A stretch of DNA of 11,359 bases from a virus (taxonomy: Duplodnaviria > Heunggongvirae > Uroviricota > Caudoviricetes). Of this stretch, positions 1 through 7,828 are shown piece by piece. The notes under the pieces are model-generated. The model saw only the letters and a program-made list of their open reading frames with translations. It had not been told where the DNA came from and ran no database searches. Each line of letters opens with the position of its first letter. Positions within the stretch are counted from its first letter, which is position 1. The stretch lies in IMG/VR virus record IMGVR_UViG_2563366802_000007; one strand, written 5' to 3'. Position numbers and translations under genes: made by a program.

Positions 1-618
1 TCGCAGGTAAAAAGTGCTGCCACGCAGACCTTTGATGGTATTGCACAGAATATGGCGGCGATGCTGACCGGCAGTGAGCAGAACTGGCGCAGCTTCACCC
101 GCTCCGTGCTGTCCATGATGACAGAAATTCTGCTTAAGCAGGCAATGGTGGGGATTGTCGGGAGTATCGGCAGCGCTATTGGCGGGGCTGTTGGTGGTGG
201 CGCATCCGCGTCAGGCGGTACAGCCATTCAGGCAGCTGCGGCGAAATTCCATTTTGCGACCGGAGGATTTACGGGAACCGGCGGCAAATATGAGCCAGCG
301 GGGATTGTCCACCGCGGGGAGTTTGTCTTCACGAAGGAGGCAACCAGCCGGATTGGTGTCGGGAACCTGTACCGCCTGATGCGGGGCTATGCGGAAGGGG
401 GGTATGTGGGTGCTGCCGGAAGTCCGGCGCAGATGCGGCGGGCCGAAGGCATTAATTTTAATCAGAACAATCACGTGGTGATTCAGAACGACGGTATCAA
501 CGGACAGGCCGGGCCGCAGCTGATGAAAGCGGTGTATGAGATGGCCCGTAAAGGTGCGCAGGATGAGCTCCGGCTGCAGTTGCGTGATGGCGGTCTGTTA
601 TCGGGGAGCGGGCGATGA
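1..618 (+). CDS. H: Tail tape measure protein, C-terminal part (5'-truncated by window edge)
   Basis: Frame 1 is open from nt 1 with no stop until TGA at 616-618. Gly/Ala-rich C-terminal region. Position immediately upstream of M, with stop overlapping the M start (ATGA), matches lambda H-M layout. Identification from synteny and recollection, not a search. Confidence 0.8.
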   Translation, partial: SQVKSAATQTFDGIAQNMAAMLTGSEQNWRSFTRSVLSMMTEILLKQAMVGIVGSIGSAIGGAVGGGASASGGTAIQAAAAKFHFATGGFTGTGGKYEPAGIVHRGEFVFTKEATSRIGVGNLYRLMRGYAEGGYVGAAGSPAQMRRAEGINFNQNNHVVIQNDGINGQAGPQLMKAVYEMARKGAQDELRLQLRDGGLLSGSGR

Positions 619-944
619 AAACATTTCGCTGGAAAGTGAAGCCGGATATGGAGGTGAACTCGCAGCCATCGGTGCGTGAAGTGCGTTTTGGTGACGGGTA
701 CTCACAGCGTATGGCGGCAGGGCTGAATGCTGACCTGAAAACATACAGGGTGACGCTTTCCGTGACCCGGGAGGAGGCCCGGCATCTGGAAGCGTTCCTG
801 GCAGAGCACGGTGGCTGGAAGGCATTTTTGTGGAAGCCACCCTATGCATACCGGCAGATAAAGGTGATCTGTGCCGGGTGGTCTGCGCGGGTCGGGATGT
901 TGCGCGTTGAGTTCAGCGCGGAGTTTAAGCAGGTGGTGAACTGA
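615..944 (+). CDS. M: Minor tail protein M (tail tip complex)
   Basis: 109-aa ORF, the same length as lambda gpM and recognisably similar to it as I recall (MKTFRWKVKP...FSAEFKQVVN). GGGGAG Shine-Dalgarno ~6 nt upstream. ATG overlaps H stop; its own stop overlaps L start. Confidence 0.9.
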   Translation: MKTFRWKVKPDMEVNSQPSVREVRFGDGYSQRMAAGLNADLKTYRVTLSVTREEARHLEAFLAEHGGWKAFLWKPPYAYRQIKVICAGWSARVGMLRVEFSAEFKQVVN

Positions 945-1642
945 TGCAGGATATTCACGAAGAAAGTCTGAACGAGTCGGTTAAGTCAGAGCAGTCACCG
1001 CGGGTGGTACTCTGGGAAATCGACCTGACGGTGCAGGGCGGTGAGCGGTATTTTTTCTGCAATGAGCTGAATGAAAAAGGGGAGCCGGTGACCTGGCAGG
1101 GGCGTGAATATCAGGCGTACCCGATTGAGGGGAGTGGCTTTGAGATGAGCGGGAAGGGCAGCAGTGCCAGACCGTCGCTGACGGTGTCCAATCTGTTCGG
1201 TCTGGTCACCGGGATGGCGGAAGACCTGCAGAGTCTGGTGGGGGCCACGGTGGTCCGCCGCCGGGTGTATGCCCGTTTTCTGGATGCGGTGAATTTCGTT
1301 GCGGGCAATCCGGAGGCCGACCCGGAGCAGGAGCTGACGGACCGGTGGGTGGTGGAGCAGATGTCAGCGCTGACAGCCATGACGGCCTCGTTTGTGCTGG
1401 CCACACCGACCGAGACGGACGGGGCGCTGTTTCCCGGTCGTATCATGCTGGCGAACACCTGTATGTGGACCTACCGCTCTGATGAGTGTGGTTACACGGG
1501 CGGGGCTGTGGCGGATGAGTTCGATAAACCCACCACGGATATCCGTAAGGACAGATGCAGCAAGTGCATGCGCGGGTGTGAACTGCGCAGGAATGTCGGC
1601 AATTTTGGCGGTTTCCTTTCCATTAATAAACTTTCGCAGTAA
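944..1642 (+). CDS. L: Minor tail protein L (tail tip complex)
   Basis: 232-aa ORF, same length as lambda gpL. Contains a C-terminal cysteine cluster (CMWTYRSDECGYTGG...CSKCMRGC). Start overlaps M stop (TGATG). Confidence 0.9.
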   Translation: MQDIHEESLNESVKSEQSPRVVLWEIDLTVQGGERYFFCNELNEKGEPVTWQGREYQAYPIEGSGFEMSGKGSSARPSLTVSNLFGLVTGMAEDLQSLVGATVVRRRVYARFLDAVNFVAGNPEADPEQELTDRWVVEQMSALTAMTASFVLATPTETDGALFPGRIMLANTCMWTYRSDECGYTGGAVADEFDKPTTDIRKDRCSKCMRGCELRRNVGNFGGFLSINKLSQ

Positions 1643-1652
1643 ATCCCGGTTT

Positions 1653-2396
1653 ATGACACAGACTGAATCAGCGATTCTGGCACATGCCCGGCGGTGTGCG
1701 CCTGCGGAGTCGTGCGGCTTCGTGATAAGCACGCCGGAGGGGGAGTGGTATATCCCTTGTGTGAATATTTCCGCGGAGCCGGAGGCGTATTTTCGTATCG
1801 CACCGGAAGACTGGCTGCGGGCAGAGATGCAGGGGGAGATTGTGGCACTGGTCCACAGTCATCCCGGTGGGCTGCCCTGGCTGAGCGAGGCTGACCGGCG
1901 GCTACAGATAAAAAGCGCACTGCCCTGGTGGCTGGTCTGCCGGGGTGACATTCACAAATTCCGCTGTGTGCCACATCTGACGGGACGGCGCTTTGAGCAC
2001 GGGGTGACGGACTGTTACACGCTGTTCCGGGATGCTTATCATCTGGCGGGGACTGAAATGCCGGATTTTCATCGCGAGGATGACTGGTGGCGCAACGGCC
2101 AGAACCTTTACCTGGACAATATGGCGGTCACCGGCTTTTACCGGGTGCCCCTGTCCTCTGCACAGGCGGGCGATATTCTGCTGTGCTGCTTTGGTGCTTC
2201 GGTACCGAACCATGCCGCCATTTACTGCGGTAACGGTGAGCTGCTTCACCATCTGCCTGAACAACTGAGTAAACGGGAGAGGTATTCCGAAAAATGGCAA
2301 CGACGAACGCATTCTGTCTGGCGTCACCGCCACTGGCACGCATCTGCCTTCACGGGGATTTACAACGATTTGGCCGCCGCCTCAGCCTGTATGTGA
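1653..2396 (+). CDS. K: Tail tip assembly protein K (N-terminal MPN/JAMM-like domain plus C-terminal NlpC/P60-like domain)
   Basis: 247-codon frame from the first ATG after the L stop. JAMM-type motif HSHPGGLPWLSEAD (H-x-H-x7-S-x2-D) at nt ~1851-1895. NlpC/P60-type Cys (DCYTLF, ~2010) and His (PNHAAIY, ~2205). 3' end overlaps I by ~100 nt in another frame, as in lambda. Start is uncertain because there is no strong SD; the next in-frame ATG is at 1827. Confidence 0.8.
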   Translation: MTQTESAILAHARRCAPAESCGFVISTPEGEWYIPCVNISAEPEAYFRIAPEDWLRAEMQGEIVALVHSHPGGLPWLSEADRRLQIKSALPWWLVCRGDIHKFRCVPHLTGRRFEHGVTDCYTLFRDAYHLAGTEMPDFHREDDWWRNGQNLYLDNMAVTGFYRVPLSSAQAGDILLCCFGASVPNHAAIYCGNGELLHHLPEQLSKRERYSEKWQRRTHSVWRHRHWHASAFTGIYNDLAAASACM

Positions 2397-2974
2397 ACAC
2401 GGCAGCGGAAGCCATTCGCGCCCTGTCGATGCAGATGCCGGGCTTTCGCCGTCAGATGAACGAAGGCTGGTACCAGATACGTATTGCCGGTGATGACACG
2501 GCACCGGAGGCGGTGTACGCCCGTCTTCACGAACAGCTGGGTGAGGGAACGGTCATCCACATTGTGCCGCGACTGGCCGGGGCCGGAAAGGGTGGACTGC
2601 AGATTGTGCTGGGGGCGGCAGCCATCGTGGGCTCTTTCTTCACGGCCGGTGCCTCGATGGCGTTATGGGGTACAGCCCTGAGTGCCGGCGGTTTTTCTGC
2701 CACCACAATGCTGTTTTCACTGGGTGCCAGCATGATACTGGGCGGTGTGGCCCAGATGCTGGCCCCGAAGGCAAAAACACCGGATTACCGCGCAACGGAT
2801 AACGGCAGACAGAACACGTACTTTTCCTCGCTGGATAACATGATTGCCCAGGGGAACCCGATGCCGGTGCCTTACGGGGAAATGCTGGTTGGCTCCCGCC
2901 GTATATCCCAGGACATCAGCACCCGTGATGAAGGCGGGGGCGGAAAGGTCGTGGTTATCGGGCGGCAGGGGTAA
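2294..2974 (+). CDS. I: Tail tip assembly protein I
   Basis: 226-aa ORF with GGGAGAGG upstream. Ubiquitin-like N-terminal part, Gly/Ala-rich hydrophobic middle (GLQIVLGAAAIVGSFFTAGASMALWG) and conserved C-terminus (QNTYFSSLDNM...YGEM.VGSR) resembling lambda gpI as recalled. Confidence 0.85.
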   Translation: MATTNAFCLASPPLARICLHGDLQRFGRRLSLYVNTAAEAIRALSMQMPGFRRQMNEGWYQIRIAGDDTAPEAVYARLHEQLGEGTVIHIVPRLAGAGKGGLQIVLGAAAIVGSFFTAGASMALWGTALSAGGFSATTMLFSLGASMILGGVAQMLAPKAKTPDYRATDNGRQNTYFSSLDNMIAQGNPMPVPYGEMLVGSRRISQDISTRDEGGGGKVVVIGRQG

Positions 2975-3020
2975 AAAGAATAAAAAAATCCCGCAGTGAT
3001 CGCGGACAGGAACTGCGGGA
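2975..3020 (-). terminator. Rho-independent terminator on minus strand (stem 2989-2997 / 3012-3020, then U-run from the plus-strand A-tract 2975-2988)
   Basis: Plus strand reads AAAGAATAAAAAAA-TCCCGCAGT-(14 nt loop)-ACTGCGGGA. On the minus strand this is a 9-bp GC-rich stem followed by UUUUUUUAUUCUUUUU. There is no T-run after the hairpin on the plus strand, so it is directional (minus). Confidence 0.55.
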
Positions 3021-3078
3021 GAGTTACGAAGATTAAGTGTAAGGAATTATTCTTATATCACGACAAAAAAATTAACGC
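2980..3078 (-). ncRNA. Candidate small non-coding RNA (~100 nt) antisense to the late operon, in the I-J intergenic insert
   Basis: Bounded by a sigma70-like promoter (minus strand TTCACA-N16-TATAAT) and the minus-strand intrinsic terminator. No ORF with an SD fits between them. The local sequence is AT-rich relative to the flanking tail genes. Ends are predicted, not mapped. Confidence 0.3.
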
Positions 3079-3084
3079 AGAGAA

Positions 3085-3112
3085 ATTATACGCGCCACAG
3101 TCAGTTTGTGAA
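3085..3112 (-). promoter_or_regulatory. Putative sigma70 promoter on minus strand (-10 TATAAT = plus 3085-3090; -35 TTCACA = plus 3107-3112; 16-nt spacer)
   Basis: Reverse complement of 3085-3112 reads TTCACA aactgactgtggcgcg TATAAT: a perfect -10 hexamer and 5/6 match to TTGACA. Predicted TSS is near plus 3078. Confidence 0.35.
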
Positions 3113-3184
3113 AATGTGAAGATATTCAGAATTTTTATGCCATTACCGGTTTTAACCAACAGGATTATCGGTGGGCATGAAAGA

Positions 3185-3220
3185 AAACCCCGGTATCTGC
3201 TGATACCGGGGTTTCTCTTT
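3185..3220. terminator. Strong perfect hairpin (13-bp stem 3185-3197 / 3202-3214, 4-nt loop) with U-rich tails on both strands; possible bidirectional terminator or insulator
   Basis: AAACCCCGGTATC-tgct-GATACCGGGGTTT followed by CTCTTT on plus. On minus the hairpin is followed by UUUUCUUUC. It lies ~100 bp upstream of the J start. Confidence 0.45.
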
Positions 3221-3317
3221 AGCATGGCAGAAATGTGTTTCATGCTTTTCGGGCGAAGGATATCCGACTTCTGTACGGAATGGCAAGTGGCGGTTAATTT
3301 ATTCAGGGGAAGGCTGT

Positions 3318-6300
3318 ATGGGAAAAGGTGGCGGTAAGGCACACACGCCTCGTGAGGCGAAGGATAATCTCAAATCCACGCAGATGATGAGCGTGATTGA
3401 TGCGATTGGTGAGGGACCGATAGAAGGTCCGGTGAAGGGACTGCAGAGTATCCTGGTGAACAAAACCCCGCTGACGGACACGGACGGTAATCCCGTGATA
3501 CACGGTGTGACGGCGGTCTGGCGCGCCGGGGAGCAGGAGCAGACACCACCGGAAGGCTTTGAGTCCTCCGGTGCTGAAACCGGACTGGGCGTGGAAGTGA
3601 CGAAGGCAAAACCGGTGACGCGCACCATTACGTCCGCGAACATTGACCGCCTGCGGGTTACCTTCGGGGTGCAGTCACTGGTGCAGACCACGTCAAAGGG
3701 CGACCGTAATCCTTCCTCTGTCCGGATTCTGATTCAGTTACAGCGTAATGGCCGCTGGGTGACGGAAAAGGATGTCACCATTAACGGCAAGACCACCTCG
3801 CAGTTCCTGGCCTCGGTGATTCTGGATAATCTGCCTCCCCGGCCCTTTAACATCCGGATGGTCAGGGAGACGGCGGACAGCACCACGGACCAGCTGCAGA
3901 ATAAGACGCTGTGGTCGTCATACACCGAAATCATCGATGTGAAACAGTGCTACCCGAACACGGCCATTGTGGGGCTGCAGGTGGATGCGGAGCAGTTCGG
4001 CGGCCAGCAGATGACGGTGAACTACCATATCCGCGGTCGCATCATCCAGGTGCCGTCAAACTATGACCCGGAAAAACGCACGTACAGTGGTATCTGGGAC
4101 GGCAGTCTGAAACCGGCATACAGCAACAACCCGGCCTGGTGCCTGTGGGACATGCTGACTCACCCGCGCTACGGCATGGGAAAACGTCTGGGGGCGGCGG
4201 ATGTGGACAAGTGGGCGCTGTATGCCATCGGGCAGTACTGCGACCAGACGGTCCCGGATGGTTTCGGGGGGACCGAGCCGCGGATGACCTTTAATGCGTA
4301 CCTGGCACAACAGCGTAAGGCGTGGGACGTTCTCAGTGATTTCTGCTCTGCGATGCGCTGTATGCCGGTATGGAACGGCCAGACGCTGACGTTCGTTCAG
4401 GACCGTCCGTCGGATGTGGTGTGGCCGTACACCAACAGCGATGTGGTGGTGGATGATAACGGCGTGGGTTTCCGCTACAGCTTCAGTGCCCTGAAGGACC
4501 GGCACACGGCAGTGGAGGTGAATTACACCGACCCGCAGAACGGCTGGCAGACCTCCACGGAACTGGTGGAAGACCCGGAAGCCATACTGCGCTACGGACG
4601 CAACCTGCTGAAGATGGACGCGTTCGGCTGTACCAGCCGCGGTCAGGCCCACCGTGCCGGGCTGTGGGTGATAAAGACCGAACTGCTGGAAACGCAGACG
4701 GTGGATTTCACGCTCGGGTCACAGGGGCTGCGTCACACACCCGGTGACATCATTGAAATCTGTGATAACGACTATGCCGGGACCATGACCGGCGGACGTG
4801 TCCTGTCCATCGATGCCGCCAGCCGTACCCTGACGCTGGACCGGGAGGTGACACTGCCGGAGACCGGCACGGCCACTGTTAATCTGATTAACGGCAGCGG
4901 TAAGCCGGCGAGCGTGGCCATCACCGCACACCCCGCGCCTGACCGGATACAGGTCAGCACCCTGCCGGATGGTGTGGAGACATACGGTGTGTGGGGACTC
5001 TCCCTGCCGTCACTGCGTCGTCGCCTGTTCCGCTGTGTCTCCATCCGGGAAAACACGGACGGCACCTTTGCCATCACGGCGGTGCAGCACGTACCTGAAA
5101 AAGAAGCCATCGTGGATAACGGGGCCCGCTTTGAGCCGCAGTCAGGCACCCTGAACAGCGTTATCCCACCGGCAGTGCAGCACCTGACGGTGGAGGTGAG
5201 CGCAGCTGACGGCCAGTATCTGGCGCAGGCTAAATGGGACACGCCGCGGGTGGTGAAGGGCGTGCGCTTCAGTCTGCGCCTGACCAGTGGTAAGGGAACG
5301 GATGCCAGACTGGTGACCACCGCCATCACCGCAGACACGGAGCACCGTTTCAGCGGCCTGCCACTGGGGGAATACACCCTGACGGTGCGGGCCATTAACA
5401 GCTACGGCCAGCAGGGCGAACCTGCGACCACCACCTTCCGGATTGCCGCACCGGCAGCACCGTCGCGGATTGAGCTGACGCCGGGGTATTTTCAGATAAC
5501 GGCGGTCCCGCGTCTTGCGGTGTATGACCCGACGGTACAGTTTGAATTCTGGTTCTCAGAAAAACGCATCACGAACACAGCACAGGTGGAAAAATCTGCC
5601 CGTTATCTGGGGACCGGCAGTCAGTGGACTGTCCAGGGGAGCCGGATTAAGCCGGGGACGGATTTCTGGTTTTACGTGCGAAGCGTCAACCTGGTGGGAA
5701 AATCTGCTTTTGTGGAAGCCAGCGGGCAGCCCAGCAATGATGGTGAAGGGTATCTGGAAATTTTCCGGGGGCTGATAGATGAGACGCTTCTGGGCCAGGC
5801 ACTGAAAGAGCGCATTGATGCTTCAGCGCTGCGTACGGAGGTCACGCAACTGGAAGAAGACATCCGTCAGCGGATGGACACGGATATCGCAGAAGTGACC
5901 CGGAAAATCGGGAAGGCGGAAAACAGCCTCACGCAGCTGGTTGCGAAAAAGAATGAGGACCAGACACTGGCCATCGCGCAGGTGAGCCAGAAAGTGGACC
6001 GGGTGAGCAGTGAAATCTCACAGACTGTCAGCCAGGGGCAGTCAGAAAACGCCCGACAGATAGCACAGGTCCGCCAGTACGTGGATAAAAAAGGGAGTGA
6101 AATTACCTCGACCACGGATAAAAAGCTGGGTGACCAGGCCGTGACCATACAGCAAATCCAGCGGGTTCAGTCAGACACGCGCAATGAGCTGAATGCCATG
6201 TATATGCTGAAGGTGCAGAAAACAAAAAACGGTATTCCCTATGTGGCCGGGATTGGTGCGGGGATTGAGGATGTTGATGGTCAGACCCTGAGTAACATTC

Positions 6301-7010
6301 TGCTGCAGGCCGATCGCATTGCGATGATTACCCCGGAGAACGGCAACACCACGCCGCTGTTTGTGGCGCAGGGGAATCAGCTGTTCATGAACGACGTGTT
6401 CCTGAAGCGACTGTTTGCGGTGAGCATCACGTCATCCGGCAATCCTCCGACGTTTTCCCTGACGCCGGATGGCAGGCTGACAGCCCGCAATGCGGATATC
6501 AGTGGAGCCATCACGGCGAATACCGGCACGCTCAATAATGTCACCATTAACGAGAACTGTGTCATCAGAGGGAAACTGTCTGCAAACCAGATTGAAGGCG
6601 ATCTCGTTAAAACAGTGGGTAAGGCTTTCCCTCGTGACTCCCGTGCACCGAAGCGTTGGCCATCAGGAACCATTACCGTCAGGGTTTATGACGATCAGCC
6701 GTTTAACCGGCAGATTGTTATTCCGGCGGTGGCTTTCAGCGGTGCCAGACATGAGCGGGAGAACAGCGATACTTATTCGTCATGCCGCCTGATAGTACGG
6801 AAAAACGGTGCTGAAATTTATAACCGTACCGCGCTGGATAATACGCTGATTTACAGTGGTGTTATTGATATGCCTGCTGGTCGCGGCCACATGACGCTGG
6901 AGTTTTCTGTATCAGCATGGTGGGTAAATGGCTGGTATCCCACAGCAAGTATCAGCGATTTGCTGGTTGTTGTGATGAAGAAAGCCACTGCAGGCATCAC
7001 GATTAGCTGA
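3318..7010 (+). CDS. J: Tail tip / host specificity protein J (central tail fibre)
   Basis: 1230-aa ORF with GGGGAAGG SD. Conserved J-like N-terminal region, including the [16 protein letters not shown] segment. Two fibronectin-III-like segments (~nt 5160-5740), a heptad-rich charged segment (~5750-6230) and a C-terminal domain ending ...[14 protein letters not shown]. Same position as lambda J, but longer than the 1132 aa I recall for lambda. Confidence 0.9.
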   Translation: MGKGGGKAHTPREAKDNLKSTQMMSVIDAIGEGPIEGPVKGLQSILVNKTPLTDTDGNPVIHGVTAVWRAGEQEQTPPEGFESSGAETGLGVEVTKAKPVTRTITSANIDRLRVTFGVQSLVQTTSKGDRNPSSVRILIQLQRNGRWVTEKDVTINGKTTSQFLASVILDNLPPRPFNIRMVRETADSTTDQLQNKTLWSSYTEIIDVKQCYPNTAIVGLQVDAEQFGGQQMTVNYHIRGRIIQVPSNYDPEKRTYSGIWDGSLKPAYSNNPAWCLWDMLTHPRYGMGKRLGAADVDKWALYAIGQYCDQTVPDGFGGTEPRMTFNAYLAQQRKAWDVLSDFCSAMRCMPVWNGQTLTFVQDRPSDVVWPYTNSDVVVDDNGVGFRYSFSALKDRHTAVEVNYTDPQNGWQTSTELVEDPEAILRYGRNLLKMDAFGCTSRGQAHRAGLWVIKTELLETQTVDFTLGSQGLRHTPGDIIEICDNDYAGTMTGGRVLSIDAASRTLTLDREVTLPETGTATVNLINGSGKPASVAITAHPAPDRIQVSTLPDGVETYGVWGLSLPSLRRRLFRCVSIRENTDGTFAITAVQHVPEKEAIVDNGARFEPQSGTLNSVIPPAVQHLTVEVSAADGQYLAQAKWDTPRVVKGVRFSLRLTSGKGTDARLVTTAITADTEHRFSGLPLGEYTLTVRAINSYGQQGEPATTTFRIAAPAAPSRIELTPGYFQITAVPRLAVYDPTVQFEFWFSEKRITNTAQVEKSARYLGTGSQWTVQGSRIKPGTDFWFYVRSVNLVGKSAFVEASGQPSNDGEGYLEIFRGLIDETLLGQALKERIDASALRTEVTQLEEDIRQRMDTDIAEVTRKIGKAENSLTQLVAKKNEDQTLAIAQVSQKVDRVSSEISQTVSQGQSENARQIAQVRQYVDKKGSEITSTTDKKLGDQAVTIQQIQRVQSDTRNELNAMYMLKVQKTKNGIPYVAGIGAGIEDVDGQTLSNILLQADRIAMITPENGNTTPLFVAQGNQLFMNDVFLKRLFAVSITSSGNPPTFSLTPDGRLTARNADISGAITANTGTLNNVTINENCVIRGKLSANQIEGDLVKTVGKAFPRDSRAPKRWPSGTITVRVYDDQPFNRQIVIPAVAFSGARHERENSDTYSSCRLIVRKNGAEIYNRTALDNTLIYSGVIDMPAGRGHMTLEFSVSAWWVNGWYPTASISDLLVVVMKKATAGITIS

Positions 7011-7029
7011 ATTTTATAACCCCAATACG

Positions 7030-7056
7030 GGCGCCAGAAATGGCGCCTTTTTTATT
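7030..7056 (+). terminator. Rho-independent terminator downstream of J (stem GGCGCCA / TGGCGCC, loop GAAA, then TTTTTTATT)
   Basis: Perfect 7-bp GC stem 7030-7036 / 7041-7047 followed directly by T-run 7048-7056, 20 nt after the J stop. Confidence 0.7.
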
Positions 7057-7077
7057 GCAGAAAAGCGAGAGGTAATT

Positions 7078-7677
7078 ATGCGTAAAGTTTGTGCAGCCAT
7101 TTTGTCCGCAGCCATCTGTCTGTCCGTATCCGGTGCGCCTGCATGGGCGTCTGAACATCAGCCCACACTGAGCGCGGGGTATCTTCATGCCCGTACGAAC
7201 GCTCCCGGCAGCGATAATCTGAACGGGATTAACGTGAAATACCGTTATGAGTTTACGGACGCGCTGGGGCTGATTACGTCCTTCAGTTATGCCAATGCTG
7301 AGGATGAGCAAAAAACGCACTACAGCGATACCCGCTGGCATGAAGATTCCGTGCGTAACCGCTGGTTCAGCGTGATGGCGGGGCCGTCTGTACGCGTGAA
7401 TGAATGGTTCAGCGCGTATGCGATGGTGGGTGTGGCTTACAGCCGTGTGTCGACTTTCTCCGGGGATTATCTCCGCGTAACTGACAACAAGGGGAAAACG
7501 CACGATGTGCTGACCGGAAGTGATGACGGTCGCCACAGCAACACGTCTCTGGCGTGGGGGGCTGGCGTGCAGTTTAACCCGACCGAATCCGTAACCATTG
7601 ACCTTGCTTATGAAGGTTCCGGTAGTGGCGACTGGCGAACGGATGCATTTATTGTTGGTATCGGATACCGTTTCTGA
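7078..7677 (+). CDS. lom: Outer membrane protein Lom (Ail/Lom/PagC family beta-barrel; lysogenic-conversion moron)
   Basis: 199-aa ORF with GAGAGG SD. N-terminal signal peptide with AWA-S cleavage site. Alternating amphipathic beta-strand pattern and C-terminal ...GIGYRF ending in an aromatic residue, typical of beta-barrel OMPs. Sits at the lambda lom position between J and stf. Confidence 0.9.
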   Translation: MRKVCAAILSAAICLSVSGAPAWASEHQPTLSAGYLHARTNAPGSDNLNGINVKYRYEFTDALGLITSFSYANAEDEQKTHYSDTRWHEDSVRNRWFSVMAGPSVRVNEWFSAYAMVGVAYSRVSTFSGDYLRVTDNKGKTHDVLTGSDDGRHSNTSLAWGAGVQFNPTESVTIDLAYEGSGSGDWRTDAFIVGIGYRF

Positions 7678-7782
7678 CAACAGACGCCGATTTATCTTCT
7701 GTAAATATTGTTATGATACGCAGGTTCATCCACCTTATGGGGTGAACTGCGTTTGAGGAAACGTAAAGTTACACTGTCCTGA

Positions 7783-7817
7783 AGCCCGTGGCGTCACTGC
7801 TGCGGGCTTTTTTTATT
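7783..7817 (+). terminator. Probable rho-independent terminator downstream of lom
   Basis: AGCCCG...CGGGCT imperfect hairpin (7783-7808) followed by TTTTTTTATT (7808-7817), just upstream of the stf SD. Confidence 0.5.
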
Positions 7818-7828
7818 GGTGGAAAAGT

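Noticed and set aside
1392-1652. Upstream extension of the K frame back to 1392, overlapping L
   Set aside because: The L frame is conserved and uninterrupted here. The extension merely reflects absence of stops in an alternate frame of GC-rich DNA; K most plausibly starts at the first ATG after the L stop.
2996-3342. 113-aa plus ORF (2996-3337) and 94-aa minus ORF (3058-3342) in the I-J insert
   Set aside because: Both traverse the very stable 13-bp hairpin and the promoter/terminator elements, lack an SD and overlap the J start. The embedded 66-codon frame from ATG 3137 has a hydrophobic stretch but no ribosome-binding site. A small membrane peptide cannot be fully excluded.
4056-5395. Minus-strand ORFs of 198 aa (4056-4652) and 207 aa (4772-5395) inside J
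   Set aside because: Arg/Pro/Ala/Val-rich products typical of the reverse strand of GC-rich coding DNA. They are embedded in the continuous, conserved J frame and have no SD.
7003-7680. 225-aa minus-strand ORF fully antisense to lom
   Set aside because: The plus-strand lom ORF has a clear signal peptide, OMP beta-strand pattern, C-terminal aromatic residue and SD. The antisense ORF has no SD or recognisable features and starts inside the terminator region.
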